The position numbers and the translations under genes were made by a program. A stretch of DNA of 64,000 bases. Origin: a bacterium. Lineage in GTDB: Bacteria; SAR324; NAC60-12. The notes below the pieces were generated by a model, which saw only the letters and a list, made by a program, of their open reading frames with translations, did no database searches and was not told the origin of the DNA. Of the stretch, positions 61,092 to 64,000 are shown piece after piece. Location: assembly GCA_965209155.1 (NCBI GenBank), contig OZ242383.1, forward strand, positions 3,840,001 through 3,904,000, in the 5' to 3' direction. Numbering within the stretch: position 1 is the first letter of the stretch; each line of letters opens with the position of its first letter.

Positions 61092-62189
61092 CTACAGACT
61101 GCGCTCTCTTTCCCGAGAAGCGATATCGTGAAGAAAACATCGCGCGAGGTGCCCTGGGTTGATTTGAAAAAAAGGCGGATGCTGCACGGCACAACGTGCT
61201 TCGCGAAAATCACATCGTTCGTAAAATCGACATCCGTCCGGCAAGTTATCAAGGGGTGGTACGTTGCCAGGAATAGGAGTCAATTTTCCCTCAATATTCT
61301 TATCCACTTGCACTTGTTGAAAGTCCTCACAAGATTGAACATCTAAAACTGTGGAAGGACGTGATCGTTGCAGAGCTTTTGTATAAGGATGAGCCGGGGA
61401 CGCAAACAATTCTTCCGTGGTTGCTGATTCGACTATTTCTCCTGCATACATGACCAGAATTCGATCTGCCAGATATCCAACGACATCCAAGTCATGAGAA
61501 ATGAAAAGCAACGCCATCTGAGATTCGTTTCGTAATTCTTTCAGTTGTTCCAGGATTTGCGCTTGGATAGTGACATCCAAGGCAGTGGTGGGTTCGTCAG
61601 CAATGAGCAGTTGAGGATTGCAGGCCAAAGCCATAGCAATCATTACCCGTTGTCGCATTCCTCCTGAGAGTTGATGGGGATAGTTTTTCACGCATTGCTC
61701 CGGGGAAGGAATCCCTACTTTCTCCAGCAACTCAATAATTCGCTGTGTCTCGCTTATGCGAGGAGCACGCTTTACTGAAAGAGCGATGCTGTTTTTTCGA
61801 AAATGCGCCCTGAGGACTTCCCGGATCTGGTCGCCTACCCGCAAGACGGGATTCAATGCCGTCATCGGTTCTTGAAAAATCATGGAAATTTCCTCACCTC
61901 GAATTTTCCGCATCTGCTTTTTTGTGCACTGAGACAGGTCACGCCCATTCCAACGAATTTCTCCTTCCATATGCAAGAGAGGGGGAGACGGTATCAACTT
62001 CATGATGGAAAGCGCAGTCATTGATTTGCCACATCCGGATTCACCCACAATCCCCAAAGCAGCACCATCATCGATGGAAAAGGTAATCTTATCCAGTATT
62101 CGGACTCCGTAATTTTTAACGGAATCGGCGTGTCCGGGCGATGAATTGGAAGAAAGAAAAAGACTGAGGTTTTGGACATGCAGGCTCAT
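61092..62189 (-). CDS. Oligopeptide ABC ATPase (DppD/OppD)
   Basis: GESGCGKS, LSGGMRQR, DEPT, HPYT, GCRF. Confidence 0.95.
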   Translation of the reverse strand: MSLHVQNLSLFLSSNSSPGHADSVKNYGVRILDKITFSIDDGAALGIVGESGCGKSMTALSIMKLIPSPPLLHMEGEIRWNGRDLSQCTKKQMRKIRGEEISMIFQEPMTALNPVLRVGDQIREVLRAHFRKNSIALSVKRAPRISETQRIIELLEKVGIPSPEQCVKNYPHQLSGGMRQRVMIAMALACNPQLLIADEPTTALDVTIQAQILEQLKELRNESQMALLFISHDLDVVGYLADRILVMYAGEIVESATTEELFASPAHPYTKALQRSRPSTVLDVQSCEDFQQVQVDKNIEGKLTPIPGNVPPLDNLPDGCRFYERCDFREARCAVQHPPFFQINPGHLARCFLHDIASRERERSL

Positions 62190-63001
62190 GATCGGGTCCT
62201 GGGATCGAAATAGTCGCGCAATGCATCTCCCAATACATTGCAAATCAATACCACCAGCATGATGGCCAAGCCAGGAAAAATGGAAACAAAAGGAGCTTCG
62301 ATCAAAACATCCCTGCCTTCTGAGAGCATCGTTCCCCAGCTTGGCGTACCTGGTGGCACTCCCAGACCCAGAAAACTGAGGCTGGATTCCGCAATTATCG
62401 CGCCTGCCAGGTTGAAAGTTGCTTGCACTATGACTGGTTGCATGATGTTTGGTAATATGTGACGCACCATCGTCCGATTATCAGAGATGCCAGAGGTTCG
62501 GGCAGCAAGGATATAATCCTGTTCTTTTACGGAGAGTACCTGGCCCCGAACCAGCCTTGCATAACTGACCCATCCTTGGGCAGTCAAAGCAATTATCACG
62601 TTGTTCAAATTGGGACCCAAAACTGCCACTAAGGCTATAGCTAATAAGAGTCCCGGAAATGCGAGGAGAATATCGACAATCCTCATTAGCAGATTGTCCA
62701 ACCACCCGCCATAATATCCGGAAATCAGCCCGATAGTTGTACCAAAAATCCCGGATATACAAATAACCCAGAAACCAACATACAATGAAATTCGCCCACC
62801 AAAGAGAAGACGGCTCAAAATATCGCTGCCATTTTGATCTTGTCCCAACGGATGATTCCAGGAAGGGGGACGCATTTGTTCACTGAGTGAAATGCTTTCC
62901 GGATGATATGGAGCAATCCAGGGAGCCAGCAAAGCGGGTACGATAAAAACAAAAAGCAAGGTCGAACTGAGCCAGAATATTCGGGAATTGCGCCAAATCA
63001 T
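62186..63001 (-). CDS. Dipeptide ABC permease (DppC-like)
   Basis: HPLGQDQNGSD, ESSLSFLGLG, WGTML. Confidence 0.92.
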   Translation of the reverse strand: MIWRNSRIFWLSSTLLFVFIVPALLAPWIAPYHPESISLSEQMRPPSWNHPLGQDQNGSDILSRLLFGGRISLYVGFWVICISGIFGTTIGLISGYYGGWLDNLLMRIVDILLAFPGLLLAIALVAVLGPNLNNVIIALTAQGWVSYARLVRGQVLSVKEQDYILAARTSGISDNRTMVRHILPNIMQPVIVQATFNLAGAIIAESSLSFLGLGVPPGTPSWGTMLSEGRDVLIEAPFVSIFPGLAIMLVVLICNVLGDALRDYFDPRTRS

Positions 63002-63918
63002 TGCAAACGAACTCTCGGATCAATAAAGACATAGGAAAGATCGGTGAACAGATTGACCAAAACATAAGTGCAGGCAATAAACATCACGCATCCTTGCACC
63101 AATGGGTAATCCCGGGATTGAATCCCTTCGATGAGGAGCAATCCCAAACCGGGCCAATCGAAAATGAATTCGGTGATGATGGCTCCTGATAAGAGTACGC
63201 CTACTTGCAGGCCAACAACCGTTATTACTGGAATAAGCGCGTTTCGGAATGCGTGTTGGAAAACAATTTGAAAGTCGGAAATACCTTTGGCGGTCGCAGT
63301 ACGAATGTAGTCTGCCCCAAGGGTCTCGACCACGGAGGAGCGAGTGATACGGGATAAAATTGAAGCCAGGGCCGTACCCAACGTGATGGCGGGCAGGATT
63401 AAATGCAGTAACGTTCCCCGTTCATTGACGGGAAGCCAGTCCAGTTGAATAGCGAAGATCAGGATCAGCATTGGTCCCAACCAGAAATTGGGAATGGAAA
63501 CACCAATCAGTGAAAAAAGCATTGCAATTTGATCAATCCAACTCCCCCGTTTAACTGCCGATAGCAGACCTAGTGGAATAGCCAAACCGATGGCAATTAT
63601 CATAGCTCCAAGCATCAATTCAACTGTTGCAGGAAATCGCTCCAATATCGCTCCCAACACCGGCTTCCGACTATGTATGGAATCGCCTAAATTTCCGGTA
63701 ATCAAGTCTTTCATGTAGTTGAGATATTGCTCGTAGAGCGGTTGATTCAGTCCAAGTTGTTCTCGCAATTGTTTTTTGTCCGCAGGAAAAGCAGAATCTC
63801 CCATCATTAGTTCAACCGGATCTCCAGGGATGAGATGGATTAAAAAAAAGACAAGCGTAGTCACCCCAAAAAGAACTGGAAACAGTAATAATAAACGCCG
63901 AATTATATAGCTGATCAT
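62998..63918 (-). CDS. Dipeptide ABC permease (DppB-like)
   Basis: PGDP, PNFWLG, DYIRTATAKG, RDYPLVQG. Confidence 0.92.
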   Translation of the reverse strand: MISYIIRRLLLLFPVLFGVTTLVFFLIHLIPGDPVELMMGDSAFPADKKQLREQLGLNQPLYEQYLNYMKDLITGNLGDSIHSRKPVLGAILERFPATVELMLGAMIIAIGLAIPLGLLSAVKRGSWIDQIAMLFSLIGVSIPNFWLGPMLILIFAIQLDWLPVNERGTLLHLILPAITLGTALASILSRITRSSVVETLGADYIRTATAKGISDFQIVFQHAFRNALIPVITVVGLQVGVLLSGAIITEFIFDWPGLGLLLIEGIQSRDYPLVQGCVMFIACTYVLVNLFTDLSYVFIDPRVRLQ

Positions 63919-64000
63919 TGTCAAGTCTGTTCGTCTCCGTCCTTATCATTATTGATCAAGGAAGCAGACCACCACAGGGAAGGAATTACGAATGTTAAAG

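Overview
This is bacterial DNA with moderate GC. The gene content suggests a Deltaproteobacteria/SAR324-like organism, which is inference only. Metabolic genes include a fused two-module ABC exporter, MBL hydrolase, crotonase, YbdK-type ligase, aldehyde dehydrogenase, an F420 cluster (cofE-cofD-fbiC) downstream of acyl-CoA genes, a putative oxalate module (fhs, oxalate-CoA ligase-like, PanE2-like reductase), a GlnD-like protein and a dpp operon. A mosaic accessory region (about 28-53 kb) holds PhyH dioxygenases, ABC binding proteins, nested IS elements and toxin-antitoxin pairs whose toxins are broken. The main finding is a 562-bp element present in three near-identical copies (3579-4140, 10333-10894, 30951-31512). 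It has IS200/IS605-type hairpin ends that obey the TnpA guide/cleavage pairing rule (TAAA guide with TAAT target; CAAG guide with TGAC end). It has no transposase or TnpB. Its only cargo is an antisense four-helix-bundle (23S rRNA IVS/bAvd-like) gene framed by a perfect 20-bp hexamer-periodic inverted repeat. The second highlight is a UGSC-type selenoprotein gene (55373-55906) that the ORF track splits at an in-frame UGA. No rRNA, tRNA or CRISPR array was recognised.
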